NCBI GenBank assembly: GCA_049320885.1
Contig: JBMORA010000024.1
Coordinates: 32,001-96,000, forward strand
Origin: Thermodesulfobacteriota bacterium
Lineage (GTDB): Bacteria; Desulfobacterota; Desulfobacteria; Desulfobacterales; SURF-7
Direction of reading: 5' to 3'
Length of the DNA stretch: 64,000 bases
Positions 37,024-48,600 of the stretch are shown here, piece by piece. Numbering within the stretch: position 1 is the stretch's first letter; every line of letters begins with the position of its first letter. The notes below the pieces were generated by a model. That model was not told the origin of the DNA. It searched no databases and saw only the letters and a program-made list of their open reading frames with translations. The position numbers and the translations under genes are program-made.

Positions 37024-40000
37024 CTTAAAACCTCTTTCGCATAGCATTTGCATGGTGCCACCCAAATTCCTAAAAATTCTCGAAATTTCATTTTTGTATA
37101 ATTCTCAGCCTGGGTCAACCTATCTTGAGTATCTGGTGCTCGACTCCCTGGCTCAGAAACACCATGTTCTCCAGTATCTATATTCAAAACCTTCCAACCA
37201 GCGTATCCCCAACTGGCAGGTTTGATGTTTTCTCCTGGCGCTGATGGATCTCCTTTAATCTTTCTAATCGTCTCTTTACTTCCGTCACTGTTAATGTCAA
37301 TTGCATGCGCATAATAGTCATGCCATGCATGCGAAAGCATACCAACAATTTTCAGTGCGTTTTGACAATTCTCTTTGTTAGGCTCCTTGATTTTCTCTTC
37401 CATGTCCTTCCATTGGCCAGTTAATAACTTCTTATATAGTCTAATCGCATTCTCTACATTTTCATTATTCTTATCTATATCACGGTTAAAATGCCATCTA
37501 TTATCACTTAACAAATCATCATCAACACTCACATTGGCTTCCTGCAAAAATATTGATATGTCAACCTGATAATCATCCAGACCGCTTGAAGGTTCTGCTC
37601 TGCCAAAAGCTATAGCTGTAAGTCTCCTATGGTCACCTGCATCCCACAGGCCTAATAAATCATAAAAGACAGTTGGATTATTACTTACAAATAAATATAA
37701 ATTAACCCCATCTCTTTCACCAACCGGATCTCGACTAACCCACCTTCCAATCTCCGTCGAGTAATATCTGTACCCGTAGTAATAGAGATTCGACTCCTGA
37801 TCGAAGTATTTTGTGCTGAACCGGTGAGGATTCTCACCGGCTTGTTCTCCGGTGGCATTTGTCAAGTTGCCGTATGGATCGTACTCATAGTGGGCTGCAA
37901 TTGTTCCGGAGGCTGCGTTCACGAGCTGGCCGACGTTTCCGTTACCATCGTAGCAGTAGTGGTATGCCAAAGAACCGTCAATGGCTGCGATAAGCCCGCC
38001 TATTCCGCCGGCGCCTTGCAGGCTTTGACTCAGATCCAGGCCCCACACAAAGTACCGACTGGGTTCAGCGGCACCGACAACAGTGATTTCCTCGATCATG
38101 TTCCAGCCGTCGTAAAGGAACAGGTATTCAGAATTCAGGAGCCAGGAGTCGGAAGAAAAAATATAAACGGCTTTTCTGATCCTGCGGCCCATGAAATCAT
38201 AGGTGAACAGCACTTTCTTGTTCCCGTCGATTGGCAACTCGGGCTCGACGGCGATCAGCCGGTTCTCGGCGTTGTATGTGTATTTCCTGGCAACGCCGTC
38301 GACGGTTACATCGGTCAGGTTGCCGTCGGCATCGTAGCCGAGGGCTTGGGCCGGCGTGCCGCTCACCTGAATGTATTGGTTCAGGGTGTTGGTGGTGTAG
38401 GTGGCGATGGCGCCGGCTGTGGTCGCCGTGTTCCGGTTGCCGATGGGGTCGTAATCGTATTGCCGTTGCTCTGTCGAAACCGGGTTGCTCACATCTTCAA
38501 GGTCGGCTCCCAAGTAACGGGACGACTCCACCACCTGATTGCGGTCATCATAGCCGAATTTGTTGAAGGCCGCAACGGTGAAGGCGCTGCCGCTGTTCCT
38601 GACCGACTCTCGACGGCCCAGGGCATCGTACTGATAATCGTACTGGGATATCAGGGTGACGCCGGATTCGTTCTTGACCTGGGTCCGGAGATGGCGATGG
38701 GGTTCATACTTGTAGCTGACCTTCTGGCCAGTCATGTTGGTTACGCTTTCCAGAAGTTCCGAATCCTCCAGATACCTATGGGTGGCCATATTGGCGTTGT
38801 TGAGGACATTCCAGCCAAGGTATTGAAATCGCCCATTATGGTCATACCCATAGGATACCTTGTATTCCGTTCCGATGGTAAAACCGGTGGGACGTCCCAC
38901 CATCTCGTCGGCCGCATACGTCCTGGTGATGGTCCGATTGAAGAGGCCGGTGAGGATCTCGGTCGACAATTGCAGCTTGTCGTCGTAAACAAAGGCCCGG
39001 CTGCCCAGGGCGTCGCTGATCGTGCGCTGGCGCCCCAGACGATCGTATGCAAAGGCGATGTCCGGGGTGTTGTCCGAATAATCGATGGTCAGAAGTTCAC
39101 CGGTGCCGGGATCGTAGCCGTAAGTGGTCACGATGGGTTGGCCGTCTGCCTGGCGAGCCCAGGTGCGAGTTTTGAGCCGGCCGCCGGCTTCATAGGTGTA
39201 GGCGACGATCTTGGCGGCGGCGTCCTCTTTTTGCTCCAGAAAACCGCTGGCCTCGTGATAGCGCCATCTGGTGATGTCGGCGCTGCCCTCCAGGGCAATG
39301 GGCCAGGCCTCGGTGTTCCAAATACCGCTGCGGTAGGTGTGCATCTCGCTCATGCGGCCGTAGGCATCATATATGTATTGGACGGGATAGACCGCATCCC
39401 CCCAGGTATGGGTGACCTGGCCCTGGTCGTTGTAGGCAAACCGAGTGATCTTGCCGTCCGCATTGGTTTCGCTGACCTTTCTGCCGGTGACCGGGTCATA
39501 ACCAAAGGTGGTGCGATTGGTCGCCGGGTCTTCCACATAGTCCACCTGGCCATTGTCATTGTAATGGGTGGTGGTGACGCCGGTGCGGGGATCGGTCGCC
39601 GTGGTGCGGCGGCCAAGGTGGTCGTAGCCGTACGTGACGGTCACGCCGGTCTTGCCGGTGGACGACATCAAGCGTCCGCCCACGGTCACGGAGACCGCGT
39701 TGGTATCAGAATCCGGATAGTGCACGGTGCGGGTTTCGGTTTGGGTGGCCCGGTCCAGGGTAGCTCTTGAAATGGTCTGGTTGCCGTGGATGTCCATGGC
39801 AATGCTCTCGGCCGTCAAGCCGCCCCCCAATCCGGTGAGCCGGCTGCGCTGGGTGGCCACGGTGGTGGCGCCGGGGCTGTCATCCATTGCAAATACCTGC
39901 TGCACGGTCTCCTGCCACCAGTGGCCGTCCGCCTGGATGAAAAGGGTTTCCGAGGCATTGATACGGTCCGTGGATGCCTCCTCCAGTGCCCCACTGGCGT

Positions 40001-42572
40001 TCAGATCCAGACCGCTTTTCACCTGGTTGCCCAGTTCATCGTAGCCATACAGGGTGTCGGCCTGGCCGGTGATGACGGTTTTCACCAGGCGGCCGGCAGG
40101 GTCGTACACGCTAATAGATTGTTCCGTGCCGTTGTATCCCGGCTTTTCCTGCTTCACGGTGCGGGAAAGCAGGTCCGTGGTGGTCTTTTCCCACATGGGT
40201 CCGCCAAGGGAACCGGTATACACCTGGGTCCACTGGGTGCCGTCGGCATGGACGCCATAGGCATAGTAGCGCGGGATCACGCCGCTGCCGGTGACGCTCT
40301 TGGTACGGCCGTCCAGATAGCGCGCGGTGATCTCGGTGATGGCGCCGGGCCGGGTGACGGTGGTCGCCAGGCCGTTTTGCTCATACGCGTAGTCGGTGGT
40401 AAAGCCCGCCGCATCGATGGTGTAATCCAGGCGGCCGGCAATATCGTATACGCTGGTGCTGACCTGGCTGAGGTCGCCGGCCGTGACGATTTCGGTGAGC
40501 CTGCGGCCGGAAGCGTCATAGGTATACTGGGTGACGATGTCGGCCTGGCCAGGGGCCCCATGCCGGGTGATTGAGGTCACCCGTTTCAGGTCGTCATACA
40601 AGAACGCCCGGCTGATGCCGGTCCGGTCGGTTTCCGAATCCTTGCCGCAACAGCCCCAGGTAGATTCGGTGACGCCGCCGTCGGCAGTGTAAGCGGCGAT
40701 CACCCGGCCCAATTCATCGTGGGCATTGACCGTCCAGGAAACCCGGATATAGCCGCCGGCGGTATGGATGTAGCTTTCCTGGAGCAATTCTTCGCCGGTG
40801 GACCCGGTGATGCTGATCTCCCGGGTGGTCTTGCCGGGGATCCCCAGGGGGGCGGCCATGGTCCCATGGGCCACGATGACGCGCTCGTCCGTGCCGCTGC
40901 CGGGCAGGAAGGTTCCCGGCTGGGTCGGATCGGCGCTGGGCGTATATATGCCGTATTCATAGGTATAGGTATCCTGGCGGCCGTCGGTGTACACCATGGT
41001 CTTGAGCCGTTCCGAGCGGGCCGCGCCCGGTATCTCGGCATAATAGGTCCGGATTGTCCGCTGGTTGCTTGCATCGCCGTAGGCCGCACCCGGGGAGGTG
41101 CAGCGCTCCGTGACCTCGATGCGCTCAAGGTCGTCATTGGCCAGGTAGGCGGTATAGGATTTCGCCACCGTATGACCCAGGACGGTTTCGGTGACCGTGC
41201 GGGGGCTGTTTGCGTACCGCGTGGTGTTGATATCCCCGGCGTCCAGCAACGTATAGTCGCTGAAGGTCACCACGGCTTCGCTTTCCGCGCAAGTGATCGG
41301 AACATCCAGGTAAGGCCGGACCTCCTTGACCGTGCGGCCCCGGCTGTCATATTCGTAACGGGTCCAGGAGCCGTCCGGGTTGATGACGCTCTTGATCCGG
41401 CCGTCGATCTGGTCGTTGCCGGTACCCTGATAATATTCCGTCGTGGTGGTCAGGGCCGCGCCGGCCGGATCAATGACCGTGCGGATGATTTCCTCGCCCC
41501 AGGGATAGGAGTGATGGGTGGTCTGCACCACGGAGGAAACCACGTTTTCCGCATCTTTGGTGGTGTGGGTCACCACCCGGTCGCCACCGGCATCCATGAC
41601 TTCCGTCCGGCTTTCGATCACGAGACCGTTGCCCCGGGATAGGGACCATTCGCCCTCGGCGGCATTCCAGGCATATTCGTACACCTTGGCGCTGCCGTTT
41701 TCCAGCTTGGTCAGCCGGAAGCAGTTATACACCGCCACCGAGGCATCCGGATTTTCCATGCGCCAAACCATCATGGGCGTCGCGGATGCATTGACGGTGT
41801 AGAAACCATCGGTTTTCGCCCCCTTGTCCCCGGGATGGTAGAACCGGATTTCATAGCTGAAATCACTGGTGGCGACCACATCCACAAAGGTCTGGGGGGC
41901 CGCGATCTGGCGGATTACGCCGTTGTCATACAGGGCTTCCACTTCCGAACTTCCGGCAATGGTGGAAAATTCCAGGGACTTTGGCTTGGCAAGATCCGTC
42001 GATACGCTTTCGGCATCGATGGTCAGGTCTCCGGCAAAGAGGCCGTCGGCGGCTTTCCCCAGGCCAAGGTGCACGCTGATGCTGGACAGACTGATCTCTT
42101 CTGCGCCAGGCATGGCGCACATGTTTTCACCCGCCCCCATGGCGCAGGAACATCCGACCTGGACTTTGACTTTCTTGTGAATATCCGGAAAGCCGGTCAG
42201 CGCCGCCTTCACCCAGATATAGCCGCTGTCGCTCTTTTCCCCGGGCGTGAAGGTGCAGGTGGACTCGCTCTGTTCGGCAAGATCGGCTTTCACGCCTTCA
42301 TAACCGGTGACTTTTTCCGTGGTCCAGGTGAGGGGCAGGTCCGCCACGGGACTGGTTTCCGCTTTCAGGGTCACGGTCTTGCCAAACGGAATGGGATATT
42401 CCTTCTTGTCGGCCGAATTGGCAAAGACGATTTCCTTGATGGAAGGGATGGCCACCTCCACGGTCTTGCCCAGGGCCGCAAGGCATTTTTCCGGATATCG
42501 ACCGAATGCCGTTATGGATAGCGAAATCAGCAGCGCTGTTCTCACCCACTTGCTTGTCGTCAACCGATTCAT
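37020..42572 (-). CDS. Rhs/YD-repeat polymorphic toxin with N-terminal signal peptide and C-terminal Zn-phospholipase C/Het-C-like domain
   Basis: Many YD repeats; core YEYDPYG...RFSTK...YYYGYRYY...GRW.SRDP...NLY.F..NNP...DLLGL; AT-rich 208-aa tip. Confidence 0.93.
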   Translation of the reverse strand: MNRLTTSKWVRTALLISLSITAFGRYPEKCLAALGKTVEVAIPSIKEIVFANSADKKEYPIPFGKTVTLKAETSPVADLPLTWTTEKVTGYEGVKADLAEQSESTCTFTPGEKSDSGYIWVKAALTGFPDIHKKVKVQVGCSCAMGAGENMCAMPGAEEISLSSISVHLGLGKAADGLFAGDLTIDAESVSTDLAKPKSLEFSTIAGSSEVEALYDNGVIRQIAAPQTFVDVVATSDFSYEIRFYHPGDKGAKTDGFYTVNASATPMMVWRMENPDASVAVYNCFRLTKLENGSAKVYEYAWNAAEGEWSLSRGNGLVIESRTEVMDAGGDRVVTHTTKDAENVVSSVVQTTHHSYPWGEEIIRTVIDPAGAALTTTTEYYQGTGNDQIDGRIKSVINPDGSWTRYEYDSRGRTVKEVRPYLDVPITCAESEAVVTFSDYTLLDAGDINTTRYANSPRTVTETVLGHTVAKSYTAYLANDDLERIEVTERCTSPGAAYGDASNQRTIRTYYAEIPGAARSERLKTMVYTDGRQDTYTYEYGIYTPSADPTQPGTFLPGSGTDERVIVAHGTMAAPLGIPGKTTREISITGSTGEELLQESYIHTAGGYIRVSWTVNAHDELGRVIAAYTADGGVTESTWGCCGKDSETDRTGISRAFLYDDLKRVTSITRHGAPGQADIVTQYTYDASGRRLTEIVTAGDLSQVSTSVYDIAGRLDYTIDAAGFTTDYAYEQNGLATTVTRPGAITEITARYLDGRTKSVTGSGVIPRYYAYGVHADGTQWTQVYTGSLGGPMWEKTTTDLLSRTVKQEKPGYNGTEQSISVYDPAGRLVKTVITGQADTLYGYDELGNQVKSGLDLNASGALEEASTDRINASETLFIQADGHWWQETVQQVFAMDDSPGATTVATQRSRLTGLGGGLTAESIAMDIHGNQTISRATLDRATQTETRTVHYPDSDTNAVSVTVGGRLMSSTGKTGVTVTYGYDHLGRRTTATDPRTGVTTTHYNDNGQVDYVEDPATNRTTFGYDPVTGRKVSETNADGKITRFAYNDQGQVTHTWGDAVYPVQYIYDAYGRMSEMHTYRSGIWNTEAWPIALEGSADITRWRYHEASGFLEQKEDAAAKIVAYTYEAGGRLKTRTWARQADGQPIVTTYGYDPGTGELLTIDYSDNTPDIAFAYDRLGRQRTISDALGSRAFVYDDKLQLSTEILTGLFNRTITRTYAADEMVGRPTGFTIGTEYKVSYGYDHNGRFQYLGWNVLNNANMATHRYLEDSELLESVTNMTGQKVSYKYEPHRHLRTQVKNESGVTLISQYDYQYDALGRRESVRNSGSAFTVAAFNKFGYDDRNQVVESSRYLGADLEDVSNPVSTEQRQYDYDPIGNRNTATTAGAIATYTTNTLNQYIQVSGTPAQALGYDADGNLTDVTVDGVARKYTYNAENRLIAVEPELPIDGNKKVLFTYDFMGRRIRKAVYIFSSDSWLLNSEYLFLYDGWNMIEEITVVGAAEPSRYFVWGLDLSQSLQGAGGIGGLIAAIDGSLAYHYCYDGNGNVGQLVNAASGTIAAHYEYDPYGNLTNATGEQAGENPHRFSTKYFDQESNLYYYGYRYYSTEIGRWVSRDPVGERDGVNLYLFVSNNPTVFYDLLGLWDAGDHRRLTAIAFGRAEPSSGLDDYQVDISIFLQEANVSVDDDLLSDNRWHFNRDIDKNNENVENAIRLYKKLLTGQWKDMEEKIKEPNKENCQNALKIVGMLSHAWHDYYAHAIDINSDGSKETIRKIKGDPSAPGENIKPASWGYAGWKVLNIDTGEHGVSEPGSRAPDTQDRLTQAENYTKMKFREFLGIWVAPCKCYAKEVLR

Positions 42573-42610
42573 TGCTTGATTCCTTTTCGAAAATGATCCG
42601 CATTCCTATT

Positions 42611-42640
42611 CTGGATGCCGGATCAAGTACGGCATGACGG
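42611..42640. repeat. REP-like palindromic element (CGTC-tagged type)
   Basis: Minus strand CCGTCATGCCGTACTTGATCCGGCATCCAG; ATGCCG/CGGCAT stem; single intergenic copy. Confidence 0.6.
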
Positions 42641-42686
42641 AAACCGAGAGTTCCGACATTTTTTTTAAACGATCAATACTGAGCTG

Positions 42687-45600
42687 TTAAAACCCGCTGT
42701 CCAGAGTCACCTGCACCTGAACACCGATGAGGATTTCCCGGCCGATCAAGGCCCCTTCCACCTCGCTGTCGTGTTGCACCCAGATCTTGCCGTCGGGCGC
42801 GAATATATTGGCCTTCAGGATGTTCTGGCCGCCGATCTTCACCGCCGTTGCCAGGGTGTTTCCTTTCCTGCCTTTGTAACCGTGAACCACCATCACAATA
42901 TCCCGGGCGCCGATGGCGGAGCCCTCGGCCGGCCCGATATAGGCCTTGCGCCCCTGGCTGAGGCCGCCTTCAATGATCAGCACGGTGGGGCCGCCGAACA
43001 GGACCCGGCAGTTGTTGTCGCCGATATCGAGATCCTCCAGATGATAGACGCCGCCGGTGAACACCAGGGTGGACCGCGTCTTGAGGCGGACCTCCCCATA
43101 GGCGCCGGGTGTGAGGGTGAGCTCCCCGCCCGGCATGACCGTGATGTCCGCTTCTCCCGGAGCAGGATCCGGAAAAACCGGCAAGGCAAAGTCCAGCGGC
43201 AACTCCAGGGGCGTCACGGCCGCGCCGCGGATGGTGCCCCGGTTGCGCAGCTGGTTGTAGTAGACCTCGTCCACGGAGGCGCCGTGCTTGATATGCACGG
43301 TGTCACCGTACAGCGCGGCGCCTTCGTTCATCCAAGCGTTGTGACCGACGATGACTTCCCCGCGGAAGCACTTTTTCCCGCCCCAGAGGTCCTGATCCAG
43401 AACCGCCGCATGGCCGCTGTTGATCCGGGCGCCGGCCTCCAGATGGATCTTTTCCGTGGCGATGAGGCTGGCGGTGGAAAGGCGCAGGCCATTGTCCGCC
43501 ACCACGGTGAGGATCACGCTGTCCGTATGGCGATCCTTGCCGTCGTACACTTCCAGGGCCGTTCCGTAGGCGCCGATGACATCCGGCACAAAGGATGCCA
43601 GGCTGGTGTCCGCGCCGGCGATATCCGCGGCGGTCAGGGCGCTCCCGGCGGGCAGCGCTGTAAAGGACCAGTGGTAGGTCAAGGCGGAAGGACCATTGTC
43701 CGGATCACTGCTGCCGGCGCCGTCCAGGTGGGCGGTCTCACCCAAATAAATGACCGCGCCTATGCCCGCATCGGCGATGGGCGGGATGTTGGTGATCAGG
43801 ATCGTGTAGCTTTCCGTAACGGTCAGACTCCGGTTGCCGGCGGGATCCACGGCCATGAATTTCAGCAGCGTGTCCTCTTCGATGGCAAAGGACCCTGAAT
43901 ACACGATGGATTCGGTTGTTGGGTCGCTTCCGTCCAGGGTGTAATAGATGACGCTCGGCTCATCGGCCGTCAGGCTGATCTCCTGAACCCCCTCGTAAAC
44001 ACCGCCGGCGGGCGCGGCCGTGACCAGCGGCGGCGTGCGGTCGATGATCAGGGCGCCCGGGGCGTAGCTGGCCGGCGCGGCAGTCGCGTCGTCGGTGATG
44101 ACAGCGTAGACAAAGTAGGCCCCATCCCCAAGGGCGCTGATATCCCAGTTCCAGCTGTCCCCGGTTTCGCCGTCAGCGTCCTCCAGCAGCCCGGCGGCGA
44201 TGGGCATGCCGTCGGCCCCGGTGTTGTCCGTATCGGCGTAAAGCGTTATCCGGGCGTTGCTGTCCGGATCGCCATCCTCCCATTTGATGGTGAAAGCGCC
44301 GGCATTGGTGGACACTTCTGCCGCCGGCTCCGTCACGGTGATGGCCGGGGGATCGTCCGTTCCATTGCTGTCTGTGAAGAAGGCGAAGGTCGCGGTCCAC
44401 TCGCCGGCCAGCCCGTGTTCATCCGTGGCCCGGCACCGCCAGTAATACCAGATGTTGTCGGAAAGCTGGGCATCCACCACCCAGGCCGTGACGCCCTCTG
44501 TTCCGGCCGGCAAATCGGGGCTCACCACCACAAGCTCGGTCATGGCCGCGTCATGATAGACTTCAAAGGTGTAGGTGACCGCATCCTGATCCGCGTCGAT
44601 GCTGTTGCCCACCTCCAGGACCGGGGTGCGGGTGTCCACCGCGGTTCCGTCCGCCGGCCGGCTGCTGAAGAACGCGCCCGGCGGGTCGTTTTCCGTGTTG
44701 ACGAAGAAGCGGCCGTACACCCAGCTGGTGGCACAGATGCCGTCACCGGCCCGAACGCGCCAATAATACCAGGTATTGTCGGTCAGGGGTTCCGGCACAG
44801 GCCAGACCGTATGGGGCAGGGCCTGGGGAACATCCGCCTGGCCCGCCACCAGGTCCGTCATGGCTTCATCCCCATAGACCTCGAAGGTATAGTGAACGGG
44901 CGCGCCGTTCGCACCCGCGCTGTTTTCGATGGTGATTTCCGGCGCAAGTTCGGCGACTTCCCCGCCGTCCGCCGGCAGCAGGATAACAGGCAGGGTGGGG
45001 GCGTCGCTCTGCACCGGATCCGTGCCGTTCCGGTATTCGTCAAGATCGCTGAGACCGTCGTTGTCATAATCGCCGCTGCCGTCCCGGTCCAGGGCACCGA
45101 AATGGGTCATTTCCCAGTCGTCCTGTATGCCGTCATTGTCGGTGTCGCCTTCCAGTTCGATATGAATCCTGAGGGATTTTTCCGCCGTATTGCCGGCAGC
45201 GTCCGTGGCCCGGGCCGTCACAATGTAATCCCCGGAAATGTAGAACAGGGTGGGCGAGGGATAATTCGCCGTGACCGCCGGAGCGGGATCATGATTGTCC
45301 GTGGCCGTGTAGGTAACGGTCACGGGATGATCGGCATGGGTGTCCGCGGCCGGGGTAAAGGCGATCACCGGCGGGGTGCTGTCCTGCATCAGGGTCACGG
45401 CCGCCGAGGGCGGGCTTTCGTTGCCGGCCCGGTCAACGGCGGTGACATGATATGAATGCGCGATGCCGGCCGGAATATGGTCATCCTGATAACTGCTCCG
45501 GACGGCCGGGAAGGAGTTGAGCCGGACGCCGTTGCGGTAAACATGATACCCCACAAGGTCCGCTTCCGGATTGGGGCTCCAGGTCAGGTTCGCCACGTTC

Positions 45601-48600
45601 CCGGTGACGGTTGCGGCAAGCCCGGCGGGTATTCCGGGCGCCATCCGGTCGGCCACCGTGAATGCGGTGGTTTTTTCCGAGAACAGGTTTTCGCCCGTTA
45701 GCTGCGCGGAAAGGACGTGCCGGCCCAAGGGGAACGAACCCGGATCAAAGTGGAAGATCTCTTCCCCTTCCAGGGTCACTTCCTGTTCCGCCACGATCCC
45801 GCCGTCTGCGGTAAGCGTGATCCGGCCGGTATACGGCTCACAGGCAATCGTTTCCACCCGGGCGGTGATCGGTTCGGTCGCGCCGTAGACCATCCGGTCA
45901 ACGGCAAGGGCCGTCACCGCCGCGGGTTGCACCTCAAAGGGCTCCCAGGCGCTCATCAGTTCCAGGAGCGTATCCGCCTTGTATATCGTATACACCACGT
46001 AATGGATGCCCGCCCGGGGCGTGCTGAAGCCAGCCGGCGGTAAATCCATCCGATTGTCGCCGGCCGCGAGGCGGGCGTCGGTTTCGAACAGCGGCATGTA
46101 TTCGCCGTCCGGCCGGTAGATCCAGCCTTTCACGATGACATCCAGCGGTTCCGAGATATCGACGGCAAGGGAAAGCGCCAACGTGTCTGTCGGTTCATAG
46201 ATTTCCTTGTCGAAAACCGCTTCCAGCGCCCTGGCATCGTATCCATTGACATAAACGGGACAAGCGCCGGTGTGTCCGCCCAGTTGGTATTCCACCAGAT
46301 ACCGATCCGACACCATTTCGTCCGGCAACACGAAATGAAAGGTGGTGTCCCCGTTGACCGGCAAGGTTTCGTCAAATCCCGGAGCAGCCACCGTCAGATC
46401 CCCGTTTTCAGCGGTCAGCACCTGCATCATCACGGTGTCGCCCGGCGAGTAGACGGCCCGGTCCGGGTACAGGGTGATGGTTCCATCCTGCAACCGGATG
46501 GGGATGGTATTGATGTAAACGGACCTGCCCGAAGCCATGTAAAGACCGACCGTCAGTTGCTCCGGCATGGCCCCGGTCACGGGAATATGGAATGGCATGG
46601 TGTTGCTGTCGCCAAGAATGAAACTTTCCACCACCTCCCCGGAATTGGAGACCACCCGGGCCAGCATCTCCGGATGGGCATCGCTGGGGTTGACGACCGT
46701 AACGGTCAGGACGGCCGTATCGCCGATATGGTAAACAGGTTGATCCAGCAAAGCCGAGACATCGATGGAAAGCCCGCCGATGCGGAAGGGGATTTCGGTT
46801 ACCGCACCCTCTACATTCAGAACGGCCTTATAGTCTCCGGCAGCGATGTCGTCCGGCACCTCGAAATGATAGGTAACCGTTTCGGTTTCTCCGGGCGACA
46901 ACCAGAAATTCCCGGTTTCATCCAGGATGTCCAGCATGGAAAAATGAATTCCGGCAGCTCCCTGGGTCATCCCGGAATTCCGTACGGTAAAGGTGATTTC
47001 CCCTTTTGCGCCCGGGGTATAGACCGGCATGACGGGATAGGAAGCAGGTTCGAACCGGGGGCCGCTGATCTCCAGCTCCGCCTCGGCCTGCTGAACGGGG
47101 ACACCGACCCGAGACACCAGCGCCTGCAAGGGATAGACGCCTCCAGGCAGTTCCGCGGTGGCAACTTCCCATTCGAAAAGCGCGCCTTGTCCGACTCCCG
47201 GGGAAAGTGACGCGGCCTCATCCAGGAAATCGGCCGTGACCGCAAGGTCGCCTGCGAAATGATTGGCCCCCCGGTTCCAAACCATCACCGCCACATTTAC
47301 CTTGCCAGGCGCTGAACGCCTTGCGGTCCAATGGACCGCATTGGTTATAAGGGTTTGCATGGCGGGATTGTCGGTGAACAGGTTCCCGCCGGCGCTGTCC
47401 GCCGCCGCGAACTGGACGATCCGGCCCAGCTCAACGGCTTTCACGGCCACGGCATTGGGCAGGAGAGTCCCGGCCATCACCACTGTCGCGTCCGCTTTCA
47501 AGGCGCCCCGGTTGCCGTCGATGACGTCAAAACCAATCGGTTCGGTGATGCCTTCCGTAACGGGATGCACCGCCACCTTCGTAAAACCATCCGCTCCCCG
47601 GGCATATCCATATTGCGCCGGATCGAACAGGTACAATTCCGCCAAACCGGCATAGGCGCCGTTTTCGGCGTTTTCCGCCACCACCTGTTCTGTGATGACC
47701 AGGCCGCCGCCGTTGCGGACGAATTCCGTCACAATCGCCTGGGTCTGGGGCGGCATCGCCGTGCCGTCATTGCCGCTGTCCGCCAGAACGATCACATCGA
47801 AATCCCGGGGACTCGGGTCGGCGCCGTCCCATTCCGTGGAAAGCGCTCGGGTGACCGTTACCTCCTTCCCGGCCTTTGCCAGCGCGGTCTCCACATCGGT
47901 TGCGGCGAGGCTGTCAGAAAGAAGCAGCACCCTGGATGAATGCGGGTAGCCGATATCCAGGCCCACTTCCAGCCGGTCCGTTCCCAGAACCGATACCGGG
48001 ATGCTGCCGCTGCCGAAGACGGATTCATAGGTGAGGCTGTAGTCGCCGGCCCCGACGTTGAACGTCAGGGAATCGGCAATGCTCCCGCCGGCAGGCGCGA
48101 AAACGGTCCTGGTCAGCGTTTCGCCGTTCAACCGGAAAGTCATCTCCGCCTCGCTGTCCATGCAGCCTGTATTCTCCGCGATATACGGGATGACCAGAAC
48201 GCCTTCCGTGTAGTATTCCGCCGGCGAAACCGTAACCGCCAGCTGCTCGCAGAAATCCACGGCATGCCGAAAGGTCTGATCCACATCGCCGGTGATGACG
48301 ACGGGGATGGTCGCATCCGCGATGATGTTGACCGGCTCGGTCACCACCAGCCGCTGTCCGGCCGGAATCGTCAGGGGGTGGGCTTTCTCTGCCACCACCA
48401 CATCCACCCGGAGATCCACCGCCCCCTGGTTGGTCAGGGCCACGGAAAGATCAAAAGGCGCCCTGCCGGCCCTTTCCGGTGATATGTCCACCGAAAGCGC
48501 CGGCGCGCCCACCGTCACCTGCAAGGGCAGCTCGGCCGTGTCCAGCCTGCCGGTGATCATGAAGGATGTTTCCGGCGCAACAACGCCGAAGGCGAACGGA

